A stretch of DNA of 64,000 nucleotides from Flavobacteriaceae bacterium (GTDB taxonomy: Bacteria > Bacteroidota > Bacteroidia > Flavobacteriales > Flavobacteriaceae). Below the pieces are notes generated by a model. That model was not told the DNA's origin, did no database searches, and was given only the letters and a program-made list of their open reading frames with translations. Location: positions 415-64,414 of the forward strand of contig JBMYLY010000002.1 of the NCBI GenBank assembly GCA_049596815.1, written 5' to 3'. Below are positions 9,662 to 19,327 of this stretch, piece after piece (within the stretch, counting starts at the first letter, position 1; every line of letters starts with the position of its first letter). The position numbers and the translations under genes are program-made.

Positions 9662-10468
9662 CTAAAATCCGCGGTCGTTTTTGATTTGTTCGTAGGCCTT
9701 TTGAATCTGTTGGAATTTTTCTCGGGCCGCTTTGACATAAGCTTCCCCCAAGTGCTGTACTTTGTCGGGGTGGTGCTTTTTGGCCAAGTCGCGATAGGCT
9801 TTTTTGATTTGGGCGTCTGTGGCTGTGCGAGATACCTCCAAAATTTTGTAGGCGCTATCAGCTTGCTGAACAAACATGGCTTTGATGCTTTCAAAATCCA
9901 TCATACGCACTTTTAGATAACCGGCAAAGGACTGTATCTTTCGCCATTCTGGTTCGCTCACCGAACCGTCGGCTTGGGCGATGCCAAACAAAAAGTGTAG
10001 CAATTGCAACCGGCTTTCGTAGCGGGCATTGAGCGCAAAAAAAGAACAGATTTCCAAGGCCGACACATCAGATTTGTTTAGCTCGCTGTTAAACACCCGA
10101 AACACCTCGTTGGCGCGCTCCCTGCCATAGGCCGACACAAAATAGCGCCGTACATAGTCGAGTTCTTTCTGAGTGACTTTGCCATCGGCCTTGATGACAA
10201 GCCCAGCCAAAGTCAGCAGCTTGAGTTCAAAGTCTTGGGTGCTGATACGCGTGCTGCGAAAGCTTGTCTTAACCCGGGTATTTTCGAAAAGGCTGCCGAT
10301 AAAAAATCCCAATACCGCCCCGGGAAAACGAAATAGCAAATAGCCCAACAAGGCAAAAATCCAACGCATAAGTGGCAAAGGTACAAAGGAATTTTCGACG
10401 AATGCGCGTGTTTTCAGATAGGATTCTAATTCCATGTCTAGCCTTTGGTCTTCTTCCCAAATCCACAT
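9662..10468 (-). CDS. DjlA-like membrane co-chaperone (TM segment, TerB-like domain, C-terminal J domain)
   Basis: The C-terminal J domain has an HPD motif (AKKHHPDKV), and the central region is TerB-like. The ORF track extends to 10603. I prefer ATG 10468 or 10435, because a -7 box for the divergent gene sits in the extension. Confidence 0.65.
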   Translation of the reverse strand: MWIWEEDQRLDMELESYLKTRAFVENSFVPLPLMRWIFALLGYLLFRFPGAVLGFFIGSLFENTRVKTSFRSTRISTQDFELKLLTLAGLVIKADGKVTQKELDYVRRYFVSAYGRERANEVFRVFNSELNKSDVSALEICSFFALNARYESRLQLLHFLFGIAQADGSVSEPEWRKIQSFAGYLKVRMMDFESIKAMFVQQADSAYKILEVSRTATDAQIKKAYRDLAKKHHPDKVQHLGEAYVKAAREKFQQIQKAYEQIKNDRGF

Positions 10469-10475
10469 AGTTATG

Positions 10476-10483
10476 TATCTTTG
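10476..10483 (+). promoter_or_regulatory. -7 box candidate (TATCTTTG) for the bacilliredoxin gene
   Basis: It matches TAnnTTTG about 18 nt upstream of ATG 10502. Coordinates are +/-1 nt. Confidence 0.4.
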
Positions 10484-10501
10484 GGGTCTAAAATTTTTGC
10501 T

Positions 10502-10912
10502 ATGTATCCAGCCGAATTGGTTCAACCCATGCGCGACGAGCTTACCGCCGTCGGATTTGATGAATTGGCAGATGCCTCCGCCGTAGAAAACGCACTCGCT
10601 CAAGCCGGTACCACCCTAGTGGTGGTCAATTCTGTTTGTGGCTGCGCCGCGGCCAATGCGCGCCCCGGTGTGCGTATGTCCTTGGCCAACGAAAAGACCC
10701 CTGGGCAGCTCACAACCGTATTTGCTGGTGTAGATCGCGAGGCTACAGATGCGGCCCGCCAACAGATGGTGCCTTTCCCACCCTCCTCACCCAGTATCGC
10801 GCTTTTTAAAGACGGTGAGTTGGTTCATATGTTAGAACGCCACCATATCGAAGGACGCCCTGCCGAGCTCATCGCCGAAAACCTCATAGAGGCCTACAAC
10901 AATTTCTGTTAG
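10502..10912 (+). CDS. bacilliredoxin (BrxA/BrxB, DUF1094 family)
   Basis: It has the redox motif [13 protein letters not shown] at the size and position expected for YphP/YqiW-type bacilliredoxins. I trimmed the start to the internal ATG ([14 protein letters not shown]). Confidence 0.8.
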   Translation: MYPAELVQPMRDELTAVGFDELADASAVENALAQAGTTLVVVNSVCGCAAANARPGVRMSLANEKTPGQLTTVFAGVDREATDAARQQMVPFPPSSPSIALFKDGELVHMLERHHIEGRPAELIAENLIEAYNNFC

Positions 10913-10915
10913 GCT

Positions 10916-11659
10916 TTGCAAGTACTGCAAAAAGCCATCGCCTATCCGTTAAGCATTCTATACTACCTATGCTTCGGATTGAATTTGTTGTTTTTTCATG
11001 CTGTGCAGTGGGTGTGTTTTTATGGATTTGGTTACAGTGCACACAAAAAAAGTGTGGACATCATGAATTTCTTTCTGTTGCGCTGTCTGAACCTTTTAGG
11101 GACACGTATTTCGTTTGAAAACCCACACGAATTGCATAAAAACCAGTCCTATATTATTGTAGCCAACCACCAAGGCATGTTCGACATTCCACCGCTGATA
11201 TGGTTTCTGCGGAAAGTCCATCCCAAATTCATCAGCAAAAAGGAGTTGGGCAAAGGAATCCCCGGGGTGTCGTTTAACCTTAGACACGGAGGATCGGTAC
11301 TTATCAATCGCAAAAACCCCAAACAAGCTTTGGAGGCCATCACCAACTTTGCGAAAAGTCTACAAAACAACCATCGCAGCGCGGTCATTTTCCCTGAAGG
11401 AACACGAAGCCGCACACATCAGCCCAAAAAATTTCAAACCCGTGGGTTGCTCACCCTAATGGAACATATGTCTGATGCCTTGATTTTGCCTGTGACCATC
11501 AATCACTCTTGGAAGTTGATGCGTTGGGGTAGTTTTCCAATGGGGATAGGCGTACACATGAAGTTCAAAGTGCATGCGCCCCTAGCCATGACACAACATC
11601 CCCATGAAGATCTTGTCTCAAAAGTTGAAAAGCAGATTATTGCGGGTATAGAAAGCTAA
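10916..11659 (+). CDS. 1-acyl-sn-glycerol-3-phosphate (lysophospholipid) acyltransferase
   Basis: It has the HX4D block (ANHQGMFD) and an FPEGTRS block. The start codon is not ATG, so the exact start is uncertain. Confidence 0.8.
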   Translation: MQVLQKAIAYPLSILYYLCFGLNLLFFHAVQWVCFYGFGYSAHKKSVDIMNFFLLRCLNLLGTRISFENPHELHKNQSYIIVANHQGMFDIPPLIWFLRKVHPKFISKKELGKGIPGVSFNLRHGGSVLINRKNPKQALEAITNFAKSLQNNHRSAVIFPEGTRSRTHQPKKFQTRGLLTLMEHMSDALILPVTINHSWKLMRWGSFPMGIGVHMKFKVHAPLAMTQHPHEDLVSKVEKQIIAGIES

Positions 11660-12429
11660 TATTTGGGCTTGCGTTTCCGCAAAAAAGACTGGGTGCCTTC
11701 CCGAAAATTTTCCGTGCCAAAACAAGTGCCAAAAGCTTCGGCCTCGGCCGCATAGCCATCGGTTTGGGTTTCATAGCCCGCATTGACAGCCCCTATGAGT
11801 TGGGTTTGTGCCTGAGGTGCATTTTCTATGATTTGAGATGCCAATATTTCCACTGTTTTATTGAGTTCTGAAGATGAGCAAACACGATTTGCCAGTCCGA
11901 TTTCATAGGCCCGTTGGGCATCGACCATGGAAGCTGTTAGCAGCAATTCCATAGCACGGCCTTTGCCAACCAATTGAGGCAATCGTTGGGTGCCGCCATA
12001 ACCCGGAATCAACCCCAAAGAAGTCTCTGGCATGCCCACGCGCGCTGTGTCTGCAAAAACCCGCACATGGCAAGCCATGGCCAATTCTAAGCCGCCCCCA
12101 AGCGCATAGCCATTGACAGCTGCGATGACGGGTTTGCTGTAGTTTTCTATATAGTCAAAAACCGTACGGTTGCCCTCAAGAACGAGGTCTTTGGCCTCTT
12201 CGGGGGTCAAGTCGGCCAGTTCGGCAATGTCTGCCCCGGCTACAAAAGCTTTGTCTCCCGAACCTGTCAATGCCACTACACGGACCCGAGCGTCTTGCTC
12301 CAAAGCCACCAATGCCTGGTGGAGTTCCACCAAGGTTGCACGATTGAGCGCGTTGCGCTTTTTTGGGCGATGTATGATTAGCCAAGCTATGGCTTGCTTT
12401 TGCTGGACTTTTAAGTGTTCGTATTTCAT
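11656..12429 (-). CDS. enoyl-CoA hydratase/isomerase (crotonase) family protein
   Basis: 257 aa with a crotonase fold. Motifs seen: GSGDKAFVAGADI, NGYALGGGLELAMACH. Confidence 0.85.
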   Translation of the reverse strand: MKYEHLKVQQKQAIAWLIIHRPKKRNALNRATLVELHQALVALEQDARVRVVALTGSGDKAFVAGADIAELADLTPEEAKDLVLEGNRTVFDYIENYSKPVIAAVNGYALGGGLELAMACHVRVFADTARVGMPETSLGLIPGYGGTQRLPQLVGKGRAMELLLTASMVDAQRAYEIGLANRVCSSSELNKTVEILASQIIENAPQAQTQLIGAVNAGYETQTDGYAAEAEAFGTCFGTENFREGTQSFLRKRKPKY

Positions 12430-13883
12430 GATTCAGGATGTGGCGCTATAGGAAAGCATACGGTAAAAGTCGTTTTTTTATTAGGCACGGACTGAAAATC
12501 TATGGTGCCCTCATAGGTCTGTACAATGTTTTTGACCATACCCAAGCCCAAGCCCATACCGCTGGATTTGGTCGTGAATTTGGGTTCGAAAATTTTATCG
12601 GCATGCTTTTTAGGGATTCCTATGCCGTTGTCAGTAATGGTGATACAAACTCTCTCATCTTGCACAAAGACCTGAACTTTGATGCTGGGGTTGGGAACTT
12701 CTGCACATGCCTGCACCGCGTTTTTGACAAGATTGGTAACCACTCTGATCAGTTGGGTACGATCTAACCGGGCGCAGGTGGGCGATGGGGGTGCGTCAAA
12801 AGTGATGTTTTTGTCGTTGAAGATTTCAAGTGCCAATTTGGTGGTTTTGGCTACGTCCAAGATTTCGGATTGCTGAGCGGGCATTTCGGCAAAATTGGAA
12901 AAAGCCGAGGCAATGGTGCTGAGAATATCGATTTGCTGAATCAGCGTTTGGGAAAAATCGGCCAGCTTCTCACGAACATTCTCTGCGTTGGGGTCAAACT
13001 GCTGCTCAAAGCTCTGCACACTGAGTCGCATGGGTGTGAGGGGATTTTTGATTTCATGAGCGACTTGCTTGGCCATTTCTCGCCACGCATGTTCGCGTTC
13101 GCTCTTGGCTAGTTTGACCGCACTGGCCTCCAACTGATCGACCATGCTGTTATAAGCATCGACAAGTTGTGATATTTCTTTGCTGGCACGATCTACCAAG
13201 ATTTTTTGATTGGATTTGTTTAGGGCAATTTTGTTGATTTTGGTGCCTATTTCTTCCAAAGACTGGGTAATGTACTTAGACACAAAGTATGCCAGCACTA
13301 TGGCGATGCCTAGCATCAACACATAGACCTGTAGCAACCGAGCCAAAAAGTTTTGGAGCTCCATAGCGCTCAGTGAGTCATCGTCATAATAAGGCAAATT
13401 CAATACCCCGATTCGGACACCTTGTGGGTTTTGGATGTAAGAAAATGAGGATCGGTATTGTTCTTCCGCTAAGTTTTGGATTTCGATAAACTGCCCGTCC
13501 AAAGCGACATCGAGCTGTTTGAGTGTGTTCTTGGGGATGCGCGTTGCCTCTTGTTGGAGGGGAAACTGGGTACTGGTGATCAGTTGCCCGGACAGGTTGT
13601 AGATGCGAAAATTGACGTTTTGTTCATCGGCAATTTGAAAAACCACCTCTCCAAAGATGGAATCCAAATAGGCTTCGGTTGGTGGAAAACTGGTCTGACT
13701 CAGTATATAGTCAATCCGTGTGTGAAGTTGTACTTCCTTGCGCTGAAGGCGTTGTTCATGGTATTGGTTAGACTGTTCGCGGTACTGGTAAATGGTCACC
13801 CCGGCAATAAGTAAAGATGCCACGACTACCAAAAAAATCATGGCGGTAAATATGCGGCCACGCAATGAGATTTGCGCTCTCAT
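12426..13883 (-). CDS. sensor histidine kinase (2 TM, extracytoplasmic loop, HAMP, HisKA, HATPase_c), NtrY-like H box
   Basis: H box HEIKNPLTPM, N box KNAVQA, G boxes DNGIGI and GMGLGLG. Two hydrophobic segments flank a loop of about 150 aa. Confidence 0.85.
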   Translation of the reverse strand: MRAQISLRGRIFTAMIFLVVVASLLIAGVTIYQYREQSNQYHEQRLQRKEVQLHTRIDYILSQTSFPPTEAYLDSIFGEVVFQIADEQNVNFRIYNLSGQLITSTQFPLQQEATRIPKNTLKQLDVALDGQFIEIQNLAEEQYRSSFSYIQNPQGVRIGVLNLPYYDDDSLSAMELQNFLARLLQVYVLMLGIAIVLAYFVSKYITQSLEEIGTKINKIALNKSNQKILVDRASKEISQLVDAYNSMVDQLEASAVKLAKSEREHAWREMAKQVAHEIKNPLTPMRLSVQSFEQQFDPNAENVREKLADFSQTLIQQIDILSTIASAFSNFAEMPAQQSEILDVAKTTKLALEIFNDKNITFDAPPSPTCARLDRTQLIRVVTNLVKNAVQACAEVPNPSIKVQVFVQDERVCITITDNGIGIPKKHADKIFEPKFTTKSSGMGLGLGMVKNIVQTYEGTIDFQSVPNKKTTFTVCFPIAPHPES

Positions 13884-13884
13884 A

Positions 13885-14424
13885 TCAATCTTTGTTGCGG
13901 TAACGTTTGTACAATCGGATGCCGAGCATGAGCAATATGCCTAAAGCAATAAGCCCCAACACCCCAAAAACCCAGTGGAAACTGCTTTTGAGGATGGCCA
14001 AAAATATGATGGCAAACAGCAGCAGTGTAGCCCCTTCGTTCCAGAGGCGCATAAAACCTGAGCTGTGACGAATGTGGTCGGCTTGTAGTGCTAAAAACAT
14101 ACGGTGCGTTTTGAGATGATACACAAAAAGAAGTCCCACAAACCCGAGTTTAATCAGCATCCATTGTTGGGTCAGTAAACCGGGATTGAGCACCAACAGC
14201 CAAAGGGCAAAGATTAGGGTCAAAACTGCTGATGGCCATGTGATGATATACCACAAACGCCGACTCATCAGCTTGAGTTGAGGAATCAAAATGTCCGCTT
14301 CTTCCTGTGGTTTCTGGCTCGATTCAATGTGATAGATAAACAAACGAGGGATATAAAACAGGCCTGCAAACCATGTTACAACAAAAATCAGATGTAAGGC
14401 CTTGATGTAATTATAATACTCCAC
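13885..14424 (-). CDS. hemJ: protoporphyrinogen IX oxidase HemJ (UPF0093/CopD-like membrane protein)
   Basis: 179 aa with 4-5 TM segments. The N-terminus YNYIKALHLIFVVTWFAGLFYIPRLFIYH matches HemJ as I recall it. It sits directly downstream of hemH. Confidence 0.75.
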   Translation of the reverse strand: MEYYNYIKALHLIFVVTWFAGLFYIPRLFIYHIESSQKPQEEADILIPQLKLMSRRLWYIITWPSAVLTLIFALWLLVLNPGLLTQQWMLIKLGFVGLLFVYHLKTHRMFLALQADHIRHSSGFMRLWNEGATLLLFAIIFLAILKSSFHWVFGVLGLIALGILLMLGIRLYKRYRNKD

Positions 14425-14456
14425 CTACGAGGGGGTTTAGACTCTAAAAGTACCAA

Positions 14457-15476
14457 TTATTCGGCAACTGCCCACTCATCGATCCAGCGACTTAGCACCT
14501 TGACCCAATCGTCTCGGTCATTGATACAAGGAACCACATGCAGTTTTTCGCCGCCATTTTCTTCAAATTCTTCTGCGGCTTCCATGCCGATTTCCTCCAA
14601 GGTTTCCAAACAATCCGACACAAAAGCAGGTGTGACAATAGCCATTTTTTGGGTGCCGTTTTTGGCAAAGTTTTCAACCGTTTTGTCGGTATAAGGTTGC
14701 AACCATTTGTCCCCGGCCAACCGAGATTGGAAAGAGGTCGAATAGGTCCCTGGCTTTAATTCCAAATACTCTGCCACCAAGCGTGTGGTTTCATAGCATT
14801 GGTGTCGGTAACAATACTGGTGGGCTTTAGAGGGTGTTTGGCAACACTGCCCATCTATGGCGCAGTGCGATTTGGTCACATCGCTTTTTCTGATGTGTCT
14901 CTCTGGCACTCCGTGATAAGAGAACAAAATGTGCTCCCACTCTTTTTGCTGTAAGAATTCTTGTATGGAGTTGGACAATACTCTCACATAATCGGGATGC
15001 TTGTAAAAGGCGGGGAGATGGGTAAACTGCATCTGTGGATAGTGCTTGGCACGTAGCTCCTCTGCCAAGACAACAATGGTTTCTGTAGTGGCCATGGCAT
15101 GTTGGGGGTAGAGGGGCACAAGCAGCACCTCGTCTACACCTTTTTCATGAAGCTCAGCCAAGCCGGTAGCGATGCTGGGTTTGCCATAGCGCATGGCCAA
15201 AGCAATCGGAACCGACGACAACTCCTGAACCTTTTTTTGCAAACGTTCGGATAGTACTATTAAAGGCGACCCTTCCTCCCACCAAATTTTTTTATACGCC
15301 TTGGCAGAGCGTTTGGGTCGGGTGTTGAGGATGATGCCTTTGACTAGAAAAGTACGCAGCCACTTGGGTACATCAATGACCCGTTCATCCATCAGAAATT
15401 CTTCCAAATAAGGTTTTACGTCTTTAGGCTCAGGACTGTCTGGGGAGCCCAAATTGACGAGGAGTACTCCTTTCAT
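14457..15476 (-). CDS. hemH: ferrochelatase
   Basis: Motifs MKGVLLVNLGSPDSPEPKDVKPYL and ILFSYHGVPERH. I trimmed the start from ORF-track 15551 to ATG 15476, which removes the overlap with the AraC gene. Confidence 0.9.
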   Translation of the reverse strand: MKGVLLVNLGSPDSPEPKDVKPYLEEFLMDERVIDVPKWLRTFLVKGIILNTRPKRSAKAYKKIWWEEGSPLIVLSERLQKKVQELSSVPIALAMRYGKPSIATGLAELHEKGVDEVLLVPLYPQHAMATTETIVVLAEELRAKHYPQMQFTHLPAFYKHPDYVRVLSNSIQEFLQQKEWEHILFSYHGVPERHIRKSDVTKSHCAIDGQCCQTPSKAHQYCYRHQCYETTRLVAEYLELKPGTYSTSFQSRLAGDKWLQPYTDKTVENFAKNGTQKMAIVTPAFVSDCLETLEEIGMEAAEEFEENGGEKLHVVPCINDRDDWVKVLSRWIDEWAVAE

Positions 15477-15486
15477 TTCAATTTTT

Positions 15487-16353
15487 TTACGAAGATACAG
15501 ACATAATGTATTTTTTGGGAGTCGTGCCGTATTTCTTTTTAAATGCTGCAATAAAATGGCTCGAGGTGCTGTAGCCCAATTTGAGGCCTACTTCATTCAC
15601 ATTTTGCGCACCTGAAGATAATATCTGACGTGCCAACTCCATTTTGTGGTCCAATAAAAATTGAAAAACCGGCATCCCATACAATTGCTTAAAACCATCT
15701 TTGAGTCGTTTCAGGCTCAGCCCTACCTCATCGGCCAAAGACTGCAGGCTTGGCGGCTCAGACATACGATCAATAATAATCTGCTTGGCCAAACGAATTT
15801 TTTGAACATTCTCTTCATCAACCAAAAAAGGGCATTGGGCCACATCGGCGGCTTTTGAGGGGTTGAAATACAAACTGAACAACTCATAGACTTTCGCCTT
15901 CAGGTACAAGCGTCCCATAAGCGCATCCGAGTCGTTTTGTAACATCTGGCTTAAGACCACCGCCATTGCAGGTGTAATAATTTGGTCTTGATAATATTTC
16001 TTGTTGATGTTTTCCTCATTGAGAAAAGCGATAGACTCAGCTTCGTGAGAAAAAAGACCGTGAAATTTTTTGATGGAAATCAGCACACTTACCATTTTGG
16101 TGCCGGGCTCTAAATAGCTTTCCATCGGTAGGGTACGCTGGGGGTTGTACAAGAGCAACATATGCTCATCTGCTAATGGTAAGGTATAATTCCCATTGTT
16201 AAAAATGAATGCAGCCTTGCCCTTAAAGCAAAAATGAAATTGAATGCAATTTTCTTCAACATCTCGAATCACCTTTTGTGGATTTTGAGCGTTGTTTTCA
16301 CATAGCAATACCCAAAATCCATTTTCAATTTGACAAAAACGTTCCAGACTCAT
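15487..16353 (-). CDS. AraC-family transcriptional regulator
   Basis: It has a C-terminal double HTH (SLQSLADEVGLSLKRLKDGFK; VGLKLGYSTSSHFIAAFKKKYGTTPKKY). I trimmed the start to ATG 16353; the TTG at 16383 lies inside a -7 box. Confidence 0.85.
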   Translation of the reverse strand: MSLERFCQIENGFWVLLCENNAQNPQKVIRDVEENCIQFHFCFKGKAAFIFNNGNYTLPLADEHMLLLYNPQRTLPMESYLEPGTKMVSVLISIKKFHGLFSHEAESIAFLNEENINKKYYQDQIITPAMAVVLSQMLQNDSDALMGRLYLKAKVYELFSLYFNPSKAADVAQCPFLVDEENVQKIRLAKQIIIDRMSEPPSLQSLADEVGLSLKRLKDGFKQLYGMPVFQFLLDHKMELARQILSSGAQNVNEVGLKLGYSTSSHFIAAFKKKYGTTPKKYIMSVSS

Positions 16354-16380
16354 AGCGTTATTTTTACCTCCCTTTTTGGG

Positions 16381-16388
16381 CAAATGTA
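16381..16388 (-). promoter_or_regulatory. -7 box candidate (TACATTTG on the minus strand) for the AraC-hemH-hemJ-kinase operon
   Basis: The plus strand reads CAAATGTA, 27 nt upstream of ATG 16353. Confidence 0.4.
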
Positions 16389-16532
16389 AGGATATTTCGT
16401 TCTTATATTTAACTTATTTATATTGATTCTAATCTATAGATAGGTTTGTGCCCTCATTGCGATAGAAAAAGTACTTATAGCGTTATTTTTTTGTGCGTGG
16501 CAAAAATAGTTTTGTATCAAACTTAACTCAGA

Positions 16533-16540
16533 TACTTTTG
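16533..16540 (+). promoter_or_regulatory. -7 box candidate (TACTTTTG) proximal to hemA
   Basis: It lies 12 nt upstream of ATG 16553. Two further TAnnTTTG matches lie upstream at 16441..16448 (TAGGTTTG) and 16507..16514 (TAGTTTTG). Confidence 0.4.
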
Positions 16541-16552
16541 TCGCACCTACCG

Positions 16553-17773
16553 ATGTTGCACTGTATAGGCGTAAGCTACAAAAAAGCCGATGTGGCTGCG
16601 CGTGGCCGTTTTAGTTTGTCATCTTCTGCCCAAACATTGCTGCTAGAAGAATCCCAGCGCTTACAGATCGAAGCCCTCGCTGTACAATCTACCTGTAATA
16701 GAACAGAGTTGTACGCTTATGGCGCTACTTCCCAAGAACTCATTGACTTGTTGTGTGCCTTTTCGAACGGAGCCAAAGAGCAGTTTCATGAAGTGGGATA
16801 TGTATATCATGGGTCAAAAGTCATCAACCACTTGTTTTGTGTAGGAACTGGTTTGGACTCTCAGATCTTGGGTGATTTTGAAATTATTGCACAGCTTAAA
16901 AAGAGTTTCTCTCGATCCAAAAAGTATGGGCTTATTAACCCATTGTTTGAGCGTTTGTTTACCTCTGTCATTCAGGCAAGCAAAAGGATCAAAAACGAAA
17001 CCAAACTTTCTTCTGGCGCGACTTCCGTTTCTTATGTGTCTGTTCGCTACATGCTAGACCGCATACCCAACATAGACCAAAAGAATATTTTATTGTTTGG
17101 TTTGGGGAAAATTGGCAGAAACACTTGTGAAAACCTTGTCAAGCATACCCAAAATGACCACATTACCCTAATCAATCGCACAAGAAACCGCGCAGAAAAA
17201 TTGGCTGGAAAGTTTAAGCTCATCGTCAAGGACTACGCCGAATTGCCTGTGGAAATTCGAAAAGCCGATGTGGTCGTGGTGGCTACAGGAGCAGAACAGC
17301 CTACCTTGTCTAAATCTTTGATTCATACCGACAAACCTCTGTTGATTCTTGACCTTTCTATCCCTAAAAATGTAGACGATGATGTCCTTGACCTGCCCAA
17401 TGTGACACGCTTGCACTTGGATGAGTTGTCCAAAATGACTGATGCCACTCTGGAAGAAAGAAAAAAAGACATTCCCAAAGCCAAATCTATCAACGAGGAG
17501 GTTAAGGCGGACTTTTATGCATGGTTGGACACGCGTAAGTTTGCACCCACTGTAAAAGCACTTAAAGAAATGATGGAAGCATTAAGCCAACAAGAGCTTT
17601 TGCAACAACAGAAAAAACACCCACATCTCGACCCCAAAGAAGCGACCCTCGTTTCTCAGTTTTTGATTCAAAAAATCACCAATCGCATTGCCAACCACAT
17701 TCGGGAAAGTGACAACCGTGAAGACAGCCTGAAAACCATTCAGGAAGTTTTTAATCTCGACCCGCATGTCTAG
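16553..17773 (+). CDS. hemA: glutamyl-tRNA reductase
   Basis: IGVSYKKADVAARGRFS, the catalytic-Cys motif STCNRTELY, and an NAD-binding GLGKIG. I trimmed the start to ATG 16553. Confidence 0.9.
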   Translation: MLHCIGVSYKKADVAARGRFSLSSSAQTLLLEESQRLQIEALAVQSTCNRTELYAYGATSQELIDLLCAFSNGAKEQFHEVGYVYHGSKVINHLFCVGTGLDSQILGDFEIIAQLKKSFSRSKKYGLINPLFERLFTSVIQASKRIKNETKLSSGATSVSYVSVRYMLDRIPNIDQKNILLFGLGKIGRNTCENLVKHTQNDHITLINRTRNRAEKLAGKFKLIVKDYAELPVEIRKADVVVVATGAEQPTLSKSLIHTDKPLLILDLSIPKNVDDDVLDLPNVTRLHLDELSKMTDATLEERKKDIPKAKSINEEVKADFYAWLDTRKFAPTVKALKEMMEALSQQELLQQQKKHPHLDPKEATLVSQFLIQKITNRIANHIRESDNREDSLKTIQEVFNLDPHV

Positions 17774-18668
17774 TCCCGTACGAATTGGAACCCGCGACAG
17801 CGCATTGGCACTGTGGCAGGCAAAGCATGTCCAAGACCTACTAGAAGAGGTGAGGCTGAAAAGTGTTTTGGTGCCTGTCAAGTCTACCGGAGATTTGAAT
17901 CTCACCCAACCCTTGTATGAAATGGGCATCACCGGAGTTTTTACCAAAGAATTGGACGTTGCTTTGTTGAATAACCAAATCGATTTGGCCGTACACAGTA
18001 TGAAAGACGTCCCCACGCTCCTCCCAAAAGGACTCTGCACTGCCTTTGTTCCTGAGCGGGATTCGGTTTCAGATGTTATTGTAATGAAATCTGACCGCCT
18101 CGAAAAAGGCAATCATGTCATTGCCACCAGCAGTCTCAGACGTCAGGCGCAGTGGCTGAACCGTTACCCCAACGATTCGGTGGTTCCTTTGAGGGGCAAT
18201 GTGCAAACGCGCTTGGAAAAACTCAACAAAGAAGATTGGGATGGTGCCATTTTTGCCCAGGCCGGACTAGAAAGATTGAACCTGACCCAAAAAAACACGC
18301 TCACACTCGATTGGATGCTTCCCGCACCCGCCCAAGGTGCCATAATGGTGATAGGAAGAACCAACGACAGTCAATTGCTAAACCCACTCCAAAGCTTAAG
18401 CCACTCGCCCACTGTACTGTGTGTAAGCGCAGAACGGGATTTTTTGAGGGCTTTGCAAGGAGGATGTTCTGCGCCTATTGGGGCATGGGCCACCATTGAC
18501 AAAGACAAAATGTGGTTCAAAGGCTGTTTGACTGACTTGGATGGAAAGAGCCATTTTGTGGTTGAAGAAGTATTCGACATAAACACCAACGACATAGGCC
18601 ATAAAGCTGCTGAAATACTGCTGGGTCAAAAAGGAGCTAGGAAGCTTTTAAACCGAATCAAAGGATGA
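17766..18668 (+). CDS. hemC: hydroxymethylbilane synthase (porphobilinogen deaminase)
   Basis: Motifs RIGTRDSALALWQA and AVHSMKDVP, with a C-terminal cofactor Cys (GGCSAPIG). It overlaps hemA by 8 nt. Confidence 0.92.
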   Translation: MSSPVRIGTRDSALALWQAKHVQDLLEEVRLKSVLVPVKSTGDLNLTQPLYEMGITGVFTKELDVALLNNQIDLAVHSMKDVPTLLPKGLCTAFVPERDSVSDVIVMKSDRLEKGNHVIATSSLRRQAQWLNRYPNDSVVPLRGNVQTRLEKLNKEDWDGAIFAQAGLERLNLTQKNTLTLDWMLPAPAQGAIMVIGRTNDSQLLNPLQSLSHSPTVLCVSAERDFLRALQGGCSAPIGAWATIDKDKMWFKGCLTDLDGKSHFVVEEVFDINTNDIGHKAAEILLGQKGARKLLNRIKG

Positions 18669-19327
18669 GTAAACCCCTACTTGTATCGACCAAAAAACTT
18701 TCCTTTGTACAAATGGAACGCCTCACTCATGCGGGTTGTGCGGTGGTAGACTACAACGCTATCAAAGCGGTTTCAGTCCCTTTCGAGCTTCCCGAAAAAC
18801 CTACGCACTGGGTGTTTAGCAGTCAGAATGCAGTTCGTGCACTGCTAGCCAAACCTTCTGAGATTTGGATTGGGAAAACCATCTTCTGTGTGGGCGAAAA
18901 AACCAAACAGCTTTTGGGAGAAAATGGGCTAAAAGTGGAAAAAAGTGCTAAAAACATGCGGTTTTTGGTCAATTTTATCCAAAAAACACATAAAAATGAC
19001 TCTTTTTTGCATATATGTGGAAATCGAAAACTCCCCGATTTTGATATTGGTATGCAAGAAGCCAATATTGAATATGCCGAGACTGTGGTCTATCAAACCC
19101 AACTTGTAGCACGAAAACAACAGCCTGAACCCGATGGGATATTGTTTTTTAGCCCCAGTGGTGTAGAAAGCTATGTGTTAAAGAATAATCTGGGGGAAAG
19201 TTGGTGCTTTTGCATTGGCAACACCACCGCGTCCGCTGTGTCACCTCATTCAAGCCGAATCAGCATCCCAAAAAATCCCGACATAGATCTAGTCATTGCT
19301 CAAGCAGCCAAACATTTTCGAATATGA
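18665..19327 (+). CDS. hemD: uroporphyrinogen-III synthase
   Basis: 220 aa with HEM4-like size and pattern. It sits between hemC and hemE with ATGA overlaps on both sides. The sequence signal alone is weak. Confidence 0.7.
   Translation: MSKPLLVSTKKLSFVQMERLTHAGCAVVDYNAIKAVSVPFELPEKPTHWVFSSQNAVRALLAKPSEIWIGKTIFCVGEKTKQLLGENGLKVEKSAKNMRFLVNFIQKTHKNDSFLHICGNRKLPDFDIGMQEANIEYAETVVYQTQLVARKQQPEPDGILFFSPSGVESYVLKNNLGESWCFCIGNTTASAVSPHSSRISIPKNPDIDLVIAQAAKHFRI

Noticed and set aside
10441-10861. Apparent 1-nt register mismatch between my base-by-base reading of the printed sequence and the ORF-track frames. It looks like one extra base near 10441 and one missing base near 10860.
   Set aside because: The track shows uninterrupted, homologous ORFs on both strands through this interval, so the mismatch is most likely my own counting error rather than real frameshifts. 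I therefore give motif coordinates in this interval as +/-1 nt.
17582-18112. 176-aa minus-strand ORF
   Set aside because: It is antisense to the hemA/hemC junction, and both sense genes have strong signatures. The composition is Ser/Thr/Phe-rich and looks like junk.
19201-19323. N-terminal extensions in the ORF track (hemE from 19201, hemH to 15551, hemA from 16493, trpS to 45677, the marC-family gene from 7775, dCMP deaminase to 9116, hemB from 21254)
   Set aside because: The extensions overlap neighbouring genes or promoter boxes and do not resemble the conserved N-termini of these families. The internal ATGs give canonical N-termini, often with ATGA stop/start coupling.
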